NCBI GenBank assembly: GCA_963832165.1
Contig: CAWHTE010000004.1
Location: forward strand, 674,889-738,888
Length of the DNA stretch: 64,000 nt
Source of the DNA: an uncultured delta proteobacterium
GTDB lineage: Bacteria > Myxococcota_A > UBA9160 > SMWR01
Direction: 5' to 3'
Below the pieces are notes generated by a model. That model was not told the origin of the DNA, ran no database searches, and worked only from the letters and a program-made list of their open reading frames with translations. Below are positions 41,363 to 50,720 of the stretch, one piece after another (within the stretch, counting starts at the first letter, position 1; each line of letters starts with the position of its first letter). The position numbers and the translations under genes were made by a program.

Positions 41363-41661
41363 CCGACAGCTCTACTTTGCGTTGACATCCGTACCGGTAA
41401 GTACCAGAAAGGCAGGTCTAGGGGTGATTTCTTCGTGACCCCGGGGGTTGATCTAAGGGCAGGGGTGCCGCGCGGTGAAAAGATCGCACGGCACTGCAAC
41501 TTTCGCGGTGAGTGCCGCAGAAGAGCCTGGGCACCTCGCTGTAAGGTGATGTCCTACCCCTGAATCAGCACATCCATGACTCAAGTCATGGGCAGCGACC
41601 AACCGAGGCATACTGGAACGGCGCGGATCGCTTTGGCGTTCCTGCGCTTGGGAGGGATCGC

Positions 41662-41937
41662 ATGTCCGCCCCCAATACCGACGAACTCCGCCGCCTCCTG
41701 CACGCTCTTCGAGGGGAAATCGGTTCGTTCGTCTTCCGCCTCGCGCTGCTCGATGGCCAGGAGATGAGCGGCGCCGCGCGAACGCAGCTCGACAAGATGC
41801 TGGTCAATGTCGACCGGATGGTCGGAGCTCTTGCCGACCTCACTCTGGGCCTGGACCTCGAGGGCGGCAAATCTACCCCGCTCGCGATCCTCCAGAGCAA
41901 GCACACGCAGCAGTCTCTCGCCGCGACACCGGACTAA
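41662..41937 (+). CDS. Small HisKA-like protein
   Basis: LRRLLHALRGEIG...LDKMLVNVDRMVGALADL; RBS GGAGGG; downstream hairpin near 41960-41985. Confidence 0.5.
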   Translation: MSAPNTDELRRLLHALRGEIGSFVFRLALLDGQEMSGAARTQLDKMLVNVDRMVGALADLTLGLDLEGGKSTPLAILQSKHTQQSLAATPD

Positions 41938-42010
41938 CGCAGACGGGCCACGCCGACGAGGCTCGGATTAAAGCCCGAGCCGCTTTTGAGGGCGACTCGG
42001 GCCGAGCTGT

Positions 42011-43168
42011 CTACGGCGCCTCGACGATATCGACCCAGCCTGCGTCGTTCGCCAGGAAGTCTGCCGTCCACTCGTTCAGCAGCACTCCGTCCGCGTCGTA
42101 GGTGTAGAAGCGCAGCGCCTGAAGTGCGGTGTGCGTGGTGTCGTTGGAGACGAAGAACCGCTTGTAACGATCCGGGTAGGCCTCGTTCAGCAGGCCGTGC
42201 TCCGTCACGATCAGGTTCCGCCAAGCCGGCTGGTCCCCGAGCAGGCCCATGAAGAACCGGTTGGTGAGATCGCCGTCGGTCTCGTAGATCGCCTCGCGGA
42301 TGGTCGTGTCGTTCTGGAGCCGCCAGTCGATGATGCCGGTGGCCTGACCGAACTCGTCGCACTGGTGGCAGCTCTTCGGATAGAACTGCGCGAACTGCCA
42401 GTCGTCGGCGCGCGCGGCGATGGCGTCCGCCTGACTCGGGTCGAGGTTCACCGCCACCGGACCGGCGTCGTTGAAGACGGTGAGCGCGACGGTGTTCCCG
42501 TACTTGAAGCGGACCAGGAAGGGCGCGAAGCCCGCCACGCCGACACCGCCGGCGCTGGAGCCCGCCAGCGTGATCGCGGTAGCGTTCGGGAAGGTGGCCT
42601 TCGCCAGGTCGATGCCGGCCGACTGGTTGCGGAGTCCGCGGTGGAAGCGGACCGGCCCGAACGGGAAGCTCGCGTCGGCGACATCATTGTCGCCAGAGAA
42701 GACCGAGCCGTCGCAGTACGGCAGGTAGACGACCGAGTAGTCGGCGAAGGGGTTGCCCGGATTGCTGCGGTTCCAGATGCCGGCGTCATCGACCTGCGGG
42801 ATCGGGGGCAGAGCGTTGTTCTCGACCGTGACGTTGCAGTTGTAGAAGTCCTGCCAGCAGGCGCCGCCGCCCTGCTCGAGGATCAGCAGCTTGGACGGAT
42901 CGCCCGCGCGGGTGAAAACCGAGTAGGGCGTGCCCGCGATGCAGAGGGGGCCGTTGCCGTCGTCGGGGTCGTAGTCGTGCCGCGTCCAGCCGTCGCCGAC
43001 GGCGGTAGATGAGGCTGGCGTGAACTGACCGAGGTACTTGTCGACGCCCGCCTCGTGGAGCTGGACGAAGGCGCCGAAATTCAGACCCGGACAGCGGTTC
43101 CCCAGCAGCGCGGTGCCAGTGAGCAGGACGCAGAGGACGAGTAAGCGCGTCGTTCGCAGAGATCGCAT
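42011..43168 (-). CDS. Pectin acetylesterase/Notum family hydrolase
   Basis: QGGGACW, YLPYCDGSVFSG, GSSAGG nucleophile elbow. Confidence 0.82.
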   Translation of the reverse strand: MRSLRTTRLLVLCVLLTGTALLGNRCPGLNFGAFVQLHEAGVDKYLGQFTPASSTAVGDGWTRHDYDPDDGNGPLCIAGTPYSVFTRAGDPSKLLILEQGGGACWQDFYNCNVTVENNALPPIPQVDDAGIWNRSNPGNPFADYSVVYLPYCDGSVFSGDNDVADASFPFGPVRFHRGLRNQSAGIDLAKATFPNATAITLAGSSAGGVGVAGFAPFLVRFKYGNTVALTVFNDAGPVAVNLDPSQADAIAARADDWQFAQFYPKSCHQCDEFGQATGIIDWRLQNDTTIREAIYETDGDLTNRFFMGLLGDQPAWRNLIVTEHGLLNEAYPDRYKRFFVSNDTTHTALQALRFYTYDADGVLLNEWTADFLANDAGWVDIVEAP

Positions 43169-43316
43169 GATTCCGCTCCAAGGATGATCGGAGTTTCCTC
43201 GGAGGCGGCGCGGCTCAACTCTCACACGCCGGGGCGACCCGGGTCAAGTGGTGAGCCACTCGAACGAGACTCCCTCGCGGTCTCAGCCGGTGGGGCCGAG
43301 GTGGGTGCGGGAATGC

Positions 43317-43724
43317 CTAGTGCGGATCCAGCCGGAGGAACTGCCTCGGTGCGAAGCCGGTGAAGACGTATAGGACCAGCGGAAACCCGGACTCGTCGAG
43401 GAGGCGTTCGCGCTCCGGCTCGCTGACCGGTACGGCGCGGTAGTCGATGGTCTCGCCGCCGCGGGTCACGCGAACCTCTGGGTTCTCGAGCGCGCGGTGG
43501 TACCACGCGCGCGGCCAGTGGTTCGCGGCGACGAAGAGCTGGCCGTCGTCTTCGATGGGCGACAGCACCCGTTCGTAGGACTTCCCATCGGAACCTGTGG
43601 TCGAGAGAACGATCGTCTCCCCTCCGAGATTCTCAGGCTGGAAGGCCGCGAATGCCGTCATGCAGCCGGTGTGTGCAGCGGCGAGCACGAAGAGACTCAC
43701 GAGCACGAGCATTCGGAGTCGCAT
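43317..43724 (-). CDS. Split-barrel nitroreductase/deazaflavin-dependent-like protein
   Basis: LSTTGSDG, RAWYHRALENPEVRV, FLRLDP. Confidence 0.65.
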   Translation of the reverse strand: MRLRMLVLVSLFVLAAAHTGCMTAFAAFQPENLGGETIVLSTTGSDGKSYERVLSPIEDDGQLFVAANHWPRAWYHRALENPEVRVTRGGETIDYRAVPVSEPERERLLDESGFPLVLYVFTGFAPRQFLRLDPH

Positions 43725-43963
43725 GGTTCCTCTTCATGGGGAAGGCGCCGTTGCCGTATCGGCGAATGCTGCGGCATAGCAAGCATAGCGCATAGTTGTT
43801 CAAATTGGATTCTCGCCGCGTCCACGAACTAGCATTCAGTCAAATATTCCTGACAGCGGGGCGCCACTTGAAAACTTGCGATCGGCGTCGGAATTCCTTA
43901 GGGGTGTGTGAGGCGCTCGCGTCGTGCAGATCAGTGATGAGCACAACTTCATGGAGATCCGTC

Positions 43964-44197
43964 ATGGCTGAAGGCGAAGGTACGGGCAACACGGGTGTGG
44001 TGGCGGTGTTTGCGATTGTCGTGATCGTTCTGGTCGCCGCGTTCTTTGCGTGGCAAGGCGGGATGTTGGGCGGCAGCGGCCGCGACACCGACATCAACGT
44101 CGAGCTGAACGCGCCCAAGGCGGCCCCCGAAAGTCCCGGCGCGGAAATGCCGGATCAGCCAGCCGAGGCACCGCAAGCGGCACCGCAAACCCCGTAG
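43964..44197 (+). CDS. Small membrane protein
   Basis: Single TM then DINVELNAP and Pro/Ala tail; RBS GGAG. Confidence 0.6.
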   Translation: MAEGEGTGNTGVVAVFAIVVIVLVAAFFAWQGGMLGGSGRDTDINVELNAPKAAPESPGAEMPDQPAEAPQAAPQTP

Positions 44198-44199
44198 CT

Positions 44200-44300
44200 G
44201 TAACCGCGCACCCTGCGCCAGCCGGCGAGGCCGAGCAGGCCGGCGATCACGAGCAGGCCCGTGGAGGGCTCGGGAACGGTATCGAGACGGAAGTAGGCCG
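44200..44300 (-). pseudogene. Orphan PEP-CTERM tail
   Basis: VPEPSTGLLVIAGLLGLAGWRR, same peptide as the tail of 48704-49702, with no attached domain. Confidence 0.7.
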
Positions 44301-44392
44301 ACCCCGCCTCGGACGGCGGCCCGGTCGACGGCACCATTCCATCAAGTGACCGTCTACGGCAAGAATCCAGCTTGAACTACCTATGCTCCCGC

Positions 44393-45220
44393 TTAGGGAC
44401 AGACCACATTGCCGCAATAGTTCGAGCCAGCCGGAATATGAGCGGTGAGGCCCGTCAGGCAGCTGGCGCCGGCGCAATTCTCAAATATGTTGGCGTTCAG
44501 TGCGCAAAAGGCTCCGTCGCAGTGGAGCTGGAACCCGGTGTTGTTGCCGCTCCGCGATCCCCGCACGAGGCCGCCGCCGATTTTGATACCGGCGCCAGTG
44601 TTTGTTGACAAATTGCAGCCTTCGACGAGGCCAGCGGCGAGGTAGATTCCGTCGCCGCCGTTTCCGAAGGCGGTCGTGTTTCGGACGGTGACCGTGAAGC
44701 CGTCGACGCCGCGCGCGAGGTTGTAGCTCGCCTCCGAGCGGTCGATCCAGCCGTTGTTGAGCCGGATGCCGCTACCCTTGTTGTTGGCCGCAATCACGAG
44801 ATCGACGCTCCCGCCGCTGACGTCGATGCCGTGGAGGGGGCACTGCTGGACCGTTCCGTTCGAGACCCGCACGTTCGCTCCACCAGAGAAATTGATGCAC
44901 GACGCGGTCCCGGCGAGATTCGGCCCGGCGACCGTGAAGCCGTTGAGATCCAGATTGATGTTGCCCAAAAAGCTCTGGATGACGCTGACGGTAGTTCCCC
45001 CGGCCCCCAGAAACGCGGTGCTCAGGTCGCTTGTGAGGCGATAGCTCCCGCCGCTGTTGAGAACCACCGGAAAGCCGGCCGGGTCACCGGGTGTCACCTC
45101 GCCGGCCAGCGCCTTCGCCTGATTGATCTCGATCACCCCGTCCGTCGCGGAGGCGATCCCCGCGAGCGCGATGGTGCCGATGAGCACCGCGGCGTAGTTC
45201 AGCATCGAGCGAGTCCTCAT
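44393..45220 (-). CDS. Secreted right-handed beta-helix protein
   Basis: Signal peptide; GSYRLTSDL, INLDLNGFTV, repeated NxxxGI. Confidence 0.75.
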   Translation of the reverse strand: MRTRSMLNYAAVLIGTIALAGIASATDGVIEINQAKALAGEVTPGDPAGFPVVLNSGGSYRLTSDLSTAFLGAGGTTVSVIQSFLGNINLDLNGFTVAGPNLAGTASCINFSGGANVRVSNGTVQQCPLHGIDVSGGSVDLVIAANNKGSGIRLNNGWIDRSEASYNLARGVDGFTVTVRNTTAFGNGGDGIYLAAGLVEGCNLSTNTGAGIKIGGGLVRGSRSGNNTGFQLHCDGAFCALNANIFENCAGASCLTGLTAHIPAGSNYCGNVVCP

Positions 45221-45240
45221 CGAAGTCCCTCCTTGGGTCG

Positions 45241-46134
45241 TCACGGATTCACGCGCGAGTGCGCGAGCAGAACCGCCAGTGCGAGCGCGCCGGCAGCGAG
45301 CGAGACGGCCACTCCCGGCTCGGGCAGCGCGACCAGGTCGGCCGCGGGCCAGTGGACGGGATCGCTCGACGAGCCATCGAAGTAGGGCGCGTAGGTCGCC
45401 GCGACCAGGTCGTAGGCGATCACGTCCTCGTCGTCGAACGCCGCTCCCGGGACGCTGCCGGTGCCGTCGAACGAGAGCAGGAGCTGGTTGCTGCCCTTGA
45501 TGCGATGGGCGGCGTCGAGATCGAGATCCGCGCTGACGCCGTGCGCGCTGCCGTCGAACTCCACCGCGTAGGTGCCCGATGCGAAACGCACCAGGTCTTC
45601 GTCGTCCACCGTGCCGGCGCCCGGCAGATCGACCGCCGTGTCGAACGAGAGCAGCAGGCGATCGCTCGTGTCGGTGGCGATCGCGTCGATCGCGACGCCG
45701 GACGGGATCCCGTTCACCGAGCCGTCGAAGAACACCGAGAAGTTTCCGGTCCCTGGATCGAAGCGGACCACGTCGCGCGGCTCGGCCGGCGAGGTCGACG
45801 GCAACCCGGGCAGCCCGACCGTGGTGTCGACGCCGAGCAGCCAGCCGACCGAGGGTGCGCTCGAGAGCTCGAAGCCCGCGATCTCGGCGCTCGCCGGCAC
45901 CGCGCCGAACATCGGCGCGAGATAGGGCGGGATCGCGACCGCACCGGCGCCGCTATCGCTCGCAGCGTCGTCGTCGTCGACGAGAGTGGGCGTGGGCGTA
46001 CCGAGCTCGGCGGTGATGTCTGGCGAGAAGAGCACCGCCCCTGGCGCGGAGCTCGCTGGCGCGACCAGCGCAAGCCAGAGCGCGAAGAGGGCAGTCGACC
46101 GTCTGGTCCGGACGTTCGAGAGGGGAGGCAGCAT
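45241..46134 (-). CDS. PEP-CTERM (LPEPG) surface protein with internal repeats
   Basis: Repeated FDGS..G...IDA/LDA and LLLSFD..DDED; LPEPG + TM. Confidence 0.75.
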   Translation of the reverse strand: MLPPLSNVRTRRSTALFALWLALVAPASSAPGAVLFSPDITAELGTPTPTLVDDDDAASDSGAGAVAIPPYLAPMFGAVPASAEIAGFELSSAPSVGWLLGVDTTVGLPGLPSTSPAEPRDVVRFDPGTGNFSVFFDGSVNGIPSGVAIDAIATDTSDRLLLSFDTAVDLPGAGTVDDEDLVRFASGTYAVEFDGSAHGVSADLDLDAAHRIKGSNQLLLSFDGTGSVPGAAFDDEDVIAYDLVAATYAPYFDGSSSDPVHWPAADLVALPEPGVAVSLAAGALALAVLLAHSRVNP

Positions 46135-46334
46135 GCCGATCCTCCGCCTAGCGGCGATTCCCAACAGCATTCGTCGCCCGTGCGTCGCTCGCGACCGGCC
46201 CACCATACGCCCAGAACACCGTGTCACGTAGAAATTCGCGACGACGAGCTGGAAAACTCGGGAAGAGCAGCGCGGCGCAGTAGGTTTCCCTAAGGCACTC
46301 GTGCGCCACAGGCGGTGGACGCTGCCTTACGACG

Positions 46335-47753
46335 CTAATCGCGCTCCCTGCGCCTGCGAGCCAGTGCTCCCAACGCGCCAACGCCAGCCATGAGGCCGAT
46401 ACAGCCGCCCGGCTCAGGGAGCGTCCCGGCGGTGTTGGTGAAAGCGGTGTCGTACGAGAAGAAAGTCTCCCCCCCGAACTGGTGGCATTCGGGTTGAAGC
46501 GTGCATTCGCCGACGTTGGCTTCGTCGCCGACCGCCCCGGGCGTCTCCTGCGCGAGGATCCTCTGTGTCTGTTCGCCGAAAGCGAACGGGAAGTCGCCGA
46601 GGCTCGCGGCCTCCACGTCCCATCCCGTGGGGTCACCGTTCGCACCGGTCCGGACGAAGAGGAGGAGCGACGCTGTCGTTTCGTCGAGGACGCTGCGCCC
46701 GTCTTCGAATCGGAAGCTGAAGACCTCTTCGGTGAGGTACGTAAAGCCCAGGTTCGGTGCAAGGGGTTCACTCAATGAGAAGAACCCCCTGACCCGGTTC
46801 GATGTCGTATAGGTTCCGTCGGGAGGTGTGGAGTTGAAGACTGCCGTGAAGGGGTCGCCCTCGTACTGATAGTACGTTAGGCGACTCGCGACGCGAAACC
46901 CGAGGAAGTCGAACTCGTTGGCCGGGCCGCCGAGGACGCTGCGCGAGGACGCCGCGAGGATATGCGGGCCGTCGACGAAGCTCCCGCCGCGGATTCCGCG
47001 AGTCGAGGCGCTGATGATCGCCTCGTTCCACTCGAAGACGTTGCCACCCTGGTCGAAGGTGCCGTAGGGGCTGGGCGAGCCCATGTAGCTGCCCCGGTCG
47101 GTAAGATCGCCGGGTCCGCCGAAGCAGTTGGCGTAGTTCGCGGACACCGTTGGGGCGGCGCAGTTCGTCGGGATGTCGAAGCCCGCCGGGTAGTCGAAGT
47201 AGTTGCTGGCAGCGAGCCCGGTCGCATCGTGGTACGCCGCCTTGTACCACTCGTCCTCGCTCGGGAGAAAGACCGTGGCGCCGGAGTTGCGCGTCACCGT
47301 CGTGCCGTTGCTCGGTGTGGCCGTCCCGCCCAGCAGCGTGTAGGCACCCGTCTCGGTGTTGCCGCCGCCCTGGCCGTTGTGGAGCCAGTTCGCGAAGCGC
47401 AATGCGTCGTAGAACGAGACGAAGTTCACGGGCATGTCCGCGCGGCCAGCGATCGTGCTGTACGTGAAGGTGCCCGGAGCGCCGCTGCGCGTGATGCCGC
47501 CCGTGCCCGAGCCCATGCTCGTGTTGTAGAGCCCGAGGTGGTCGAAGGACGCCTTCGCGTTCAGGAACTCCGCGTACTGCGCGTTGGTCACTTCGTAGGT
47601 GCCGATCAGGTATTCGCGGGCGACGGCACCGAAGCAGCCCTGCGACTGCGTCTCGCAATCGTTGCCCAGGTTCCCCACGAGCGTCCAATCCATCGTCACG
47701 GCCGACGCGGACGAGGCGATCAGTAGGGGCAGCAGCAGATAACGGCGCGGCAT
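46335..47753 (-). CDS. FGE-sulfatase domain plus extra domain, LPEPG-CTERM
   Basis: FGE motifs to GFRVAS, about 150 aa second domain, LPEPGG + TM + RRRRE. Confidence 0.85.
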   Translation of the reverse strand: MPRRYLLLPLLIASSASAVTMDWTLVGNLGNDCETQSQGCFGAVAREYLIGTYEVTNAQYAEFLNAKASFDHLGLYNTSMGSGTGGITRSGAPGTFTYSTIAGRADMPVNFVSFYDALRFANWLHNGQGGGNTETGAYTLLGGTATPSNGTTVTRNSGATVFLPSEDEWYKAAYHDATGLAASNYFDYPAGFDIPTNCAAPTVSANYANCFGGPGDLTDRGSYMGSPSPYGTFDQGGNVFEWNEAIISASTRGIRGGSFVDGPHILAASSRSVLGGPANEFDFLGFRVASRLTYYQYEGDPFTAVFNSTPPDGTYTTSNRVRGFFSLSEPLAPNLGFTYLTEEVFSFRFEDGRSVLDETTASLLLFVRTGANGDPTGWDVEAASLGDFPFAFGEQTQRILAQETPGAVGDEANVGECTLQPECHQFGGETFFSYDTAFTNTAGTLPEPGGCIGLMAGVGALGALARRRRERD

Positions 47754-47758
47754 AACGG

Positions 47759-48697
47759 TTAGCAGTGCCTCCGTCGCCACCCGGCGAAGCCGAGCAGGCC
47801 AGCGGCCACGAGCACGCTGGTGCCGGGCTCGGGGATCATCGCGAGGCGGAAGCCGATCGAGGAAGCCTCGATATATTCCGCGTAGAAGACCTGGGTCGCG
47901 GCGTGGATGTAGCCCGGGTGGTGAGCGTACGCTCCGGCACGGACCCCGCGGCTGCCAAAGCCGGGACCGCTCTCCTCTTCATTCCATTCGAAGACGTTGC
48001 CACCCTGGTCGAAAGTGCCATAGGGACTCGGCGAGCCCGTGTAGCTGCCCCTGATCGTGAGGTTGCCGACCGCCCCAATGCAGTTGGCGGAGTTCGTCAC
48101 CGCAGTCGGCCCTGTACAGGTCGGCTCCGTGTTGGAGCCGGTCGCGTAGGAGAAATAGCTCGCTGTGGGAGCGATGTAGTAGGCGGCCTTGAACCACTCG
48201 TCTTCGCTCGGGAGGAAGATCGTGGCGCTGGGGCTGCGGTCGAAGACAGCAAAGTTCGGGCTGTTTCGGACCACCCGGTATGCGCCAGTCTCTGTATCTG
48301 CGTTGCCTTGGCCGTTGTTCATCCAGTTTGCGAATCGGACCGCTTCGTAGAACGAGACGTAGTTCACCGGCATGTCGCCGCGCCCGGCGATCGCGCCGTA
48401 GCTGTAGCTCCCGGGACTGCCCGTGCGTGTGATGCCGCCGTAGATCGACGAGCCCATATTAGTGTTGTAGAGGCCGAGCGTGTCGGACGCGGCTTTCGCG
48501 TTCAGGAACTCGGCGTACTGCGCGTTGGTGACCTCGTAGGTCCCGATGTTGTACTCGTACCCGACCGCTCCGAAGCAGCCATTTGCCAGTGTCTGACACG
48601 TGTTTCCCGGATCGCCGATGAACGTCCAGTCCATCGTGACGGCCGACACCGATGAGGCGATCAGCAGCGACAGCAGCAGCGGGTACAAGCGCGGCAT
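47759..48697 (-). CDS. FGE-sulfatase domain PEP-CTERM protein
   Basis: IGTYEVTNAQY, EDEWFKAAY, GFRLAMIPEPG + TM + WRRRHC. Confidence 0.88.
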   Translation of the reverse strand: MPRLYPLLLSLLIASSVSAVTMDWTFIGDPGNTCQTLANGCFGAVGYEYNIGTYEVTNAQYAEFLNAKAASDTLGLYNTNMGSSIYGGITRTGSPGSYSYGAIAGRGDMPVNYVSFYEAVRFANWMNNGQGNADTETGAYRVVRNSPNFAVFDRSPSATIFLPSEDEWFKAAYYIAPTASYFSYATGSNTEPTCTGPTAVTNSANCIGAVGNLTIRGSYTGSPSPYGTFDQGGNVFEWNEEESGPGFGSRGVRAGAYAHHPGYIHAATQVFYAEYIEASSIGFRLAMIPEPGTSVLVAAGLLGFAGWRRRHC

Positions 48698-48703
48698 AGC
48701 GGT

Positions 48704-49702
48704 CTAGCAGCGCCTCCGTCGCCATCCGGCGAGGCCGAGCAGGCCGGCGATCACGAGCAGGCCGGTGCTGGGCTCGGGGACGAGCTGCACGAAGGTATTG
48801 TCGTTTCCCACGCTAAACCCCGTGAAACTATCGAGCGAGCGATCGCCGACGAACACGTCACCGAAGCGCGAGCCGAGCACGATCGTGCCGTCGAGTGCGA
48901 TGTCGATGTCAGCGAGCTCCGCGTAGATGGCCCCTTGACTCGCGGTCAGAAGCCGTTGACTCGAGTCCAGAAGAGCTCCGTCTGGCCCGTAATGATTCAC
49001 GGTGCCCGAGTGATGCACCCCAAAGATGTCGCCGAACGCGTCGACGGCGAAGCCGCGGATCTCGTCGAATACGTCGGGTGATTGAAGAGTGATGGTCCGG
49101 AGCAAATCGGTCGTCGTCGGATCGTAGACATCGATGTTCCCGCTGTCGCCCGTAGCTCTCATCGCATAGAGGAGGCCATCGAGACTCGCGCTGATGTCCC
49201 GATATTCAAAGGCGTCGCCGAAGCGGGCGGAACTCCCCGATGCCGGATCGAAACGGATGACACCAGAGGCTGAGCCGCCGAACGTCTCCATATCTGGTGC
49301 GAAGAGCGCGCCCGCTACTGCGGCGACATCGCCGTCGCTGCCGATGTTGGCCATGTCCCATTCGGGGTGTGTCGAGTGGGTCCAGGCTCCGCCGGAGGGA
49401 TCGAAGATGCTGAGGGAGGGATCAAAGGTGCCGTTGAAGATCGCGAGGCGGCCATCAGGAGCCAGCGCCATGCCGCGGGGACGTTCGGTCGCCGGGTAGG
49501 GTCCGGTCGGATACGGAACCGCGATCTTCTGGATCAGCGTGCCAGTCGATGTGTACTCGGTAAGCGCCCAGGTAGTGGAGACCGATCCATCTCGCCGGAT
49601 AACGAGGATATGTCCCGCTTCAAACGACGTAGCCGATGCGGTCTGGGCGGCCCACGACGCGATCAGCAGCAATAGCAGCAGGCCCGAGCACAAGCGCCGC
49701 AT
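48704..49702 (-). CDS. PEP-CTERM surface protein (beta-propeller-like)
   Basis: Signal peptide; VPEPSTGLLVIAGLLGLAGWRRRRC. Confidence 0.85.
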   Translation of the reverse strand: MRRLCSGLLLLLLIASWAAQTASATSFEAGHILVIRRDGSVSTTWALTEYTSTGTLIQKIAVPYPTGPYPATERPRGMALAPDGRLAIFNGTFDPSLSIFDPSGGAWTHSTHPEWDMANIGSDGDVAAVAGALFAPDMETFGGSASGVIRFDPASGSSARFGDAFEYRDISASLDGLLYAMRATGDSGNIDVYDPTTTDLLRTITLQSPDVFDEIRGFAVDAFGDIFGVHHSGTVNHYGPDGALLDSSQRLLTASQGAIYAELADIDIALDGTIVLGSRFGDVFVGDRSLDSFTGFSVGNDNTFVQLVPEPSTGLLVIAGLLGLAGWRRRRC

Positions 49703-49866
49703 ATCCACTCCCAGGGGGCGCGACCATCCTACACCCCGCGCGGCCGCCGTTGGGGGGTTTTCGGGGGCCGTAGCGCACCCCGGCTAACGGCGTTGGCGAA
49801 GGGCGCGCGCGTGACGGCTGGACTCGTGGCGGGCGGTGCAGTGAGCGCGGTATGTTATCGCCAAAG

Positions 49867-50115
49867 ATGAAATCAAAGCGTAGCGTCACATCTAAGACCA
49901 AGAAGCGAAACGGCAGAGGCGGGCCGCGCCCCGGGGCTGGCGCCAAGCCCAAGCCGAGGGACGAGAAGCAGAGTCGGCAGGTGATGCTGACGTTTACCGA
50001 GAAAGAGCATGACGAGCTGACATGGACCGCGGGCGACAAGCCGCTCGCGACCTATCTCCGCGATCTGATCCTGCTCGCGATGCGCCGGGCGCGTCGTGCG
50101 CGCACTCGCAAGTAG
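49867..50115 (+). CDS. Small basic ribbon-helix-helix-like DNA-binding protein
   Basis: GRGGPRPGAGAKPK; QVMLTFTEKEHDEL..LATYLRDLIL. Confidence 0.6.
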   Translation: MKSKRSVTSKTKKRNGRGGPRPGAGAKPKPRDEKQSRQVMLTFTEKEHDELTWTAGDKPLATYLRDLILLAMRRARRARTRK

Positions 50116-50464
50116 CTTCGCGAACCACGAGCGCGGAGCGATCGCGGCCCGCCTACGGCAACCGAGGTGGCGATCCCCGATGGCGCGGACCTGCGGGCCA
50201 CCCGCGGAACGCCCCGCCGCGGAACCCGCGGCTTCACATCGCTCTGCGCGCCGTCAAAGTGCACCAGGAAATGGATCGAGAGCGCGTTTGGCGCTTTTTT
50301 TACAATCATGCAATGGGGCATTATTCCCGTCGAAAAGCCAGTGGTTACGGCGAATACTACGTATGCCCTGCGAGGGCAATCGGGTACGGGGAAGGCCTCC
50401 AACCCGGTAGTCAGGCAAGAGCCCTCGCAGGGCACCACCGAGCGCGCCCAGCCCACCTAACAGC

Positions 50465-50711
50465 GCCGCGTCCGCGCGCGAGCCGACCTGGCCTCGGGGC
50501 GCCTCGCACTGGGCGGGCTGCTCGGATCGACGGCTGCGAATCTATCGCGACGGGCGCATCGAGGGCGCGGTCGCGTTCGAGGCGCTACCGGCTCCGAGTC
50601 GTGCGCTCGAAGCCGGTAGCCTCGGTGGTAGCGGGGGTCCGCTGCGCCCACTTGTGCCGAGGCCTCCCGATGCCGCTCATCCTGCCGGTGGCGGGTCGAT
50701 TGGCGGCGTAG
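50465..50711 (+). pseudogene. Large serine recombinase-like 3'-end remnant 1
   Basis: SGRLALGGLLG..RLRIYRDGRIEG; VVAGVRCAHL..LILPVAGRLAA*, similar to the 56.6-56.86 kb C-terminus. Confidence 0.6.
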
Positions 50712-50720
50712 CTCGAGCGG

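Noticed and set aside
49762..49850. GGGGCCGTAGCGCA looks like a tRNA 5' end
   Set aside because: No T-loop or complementary acceptor stem follows.
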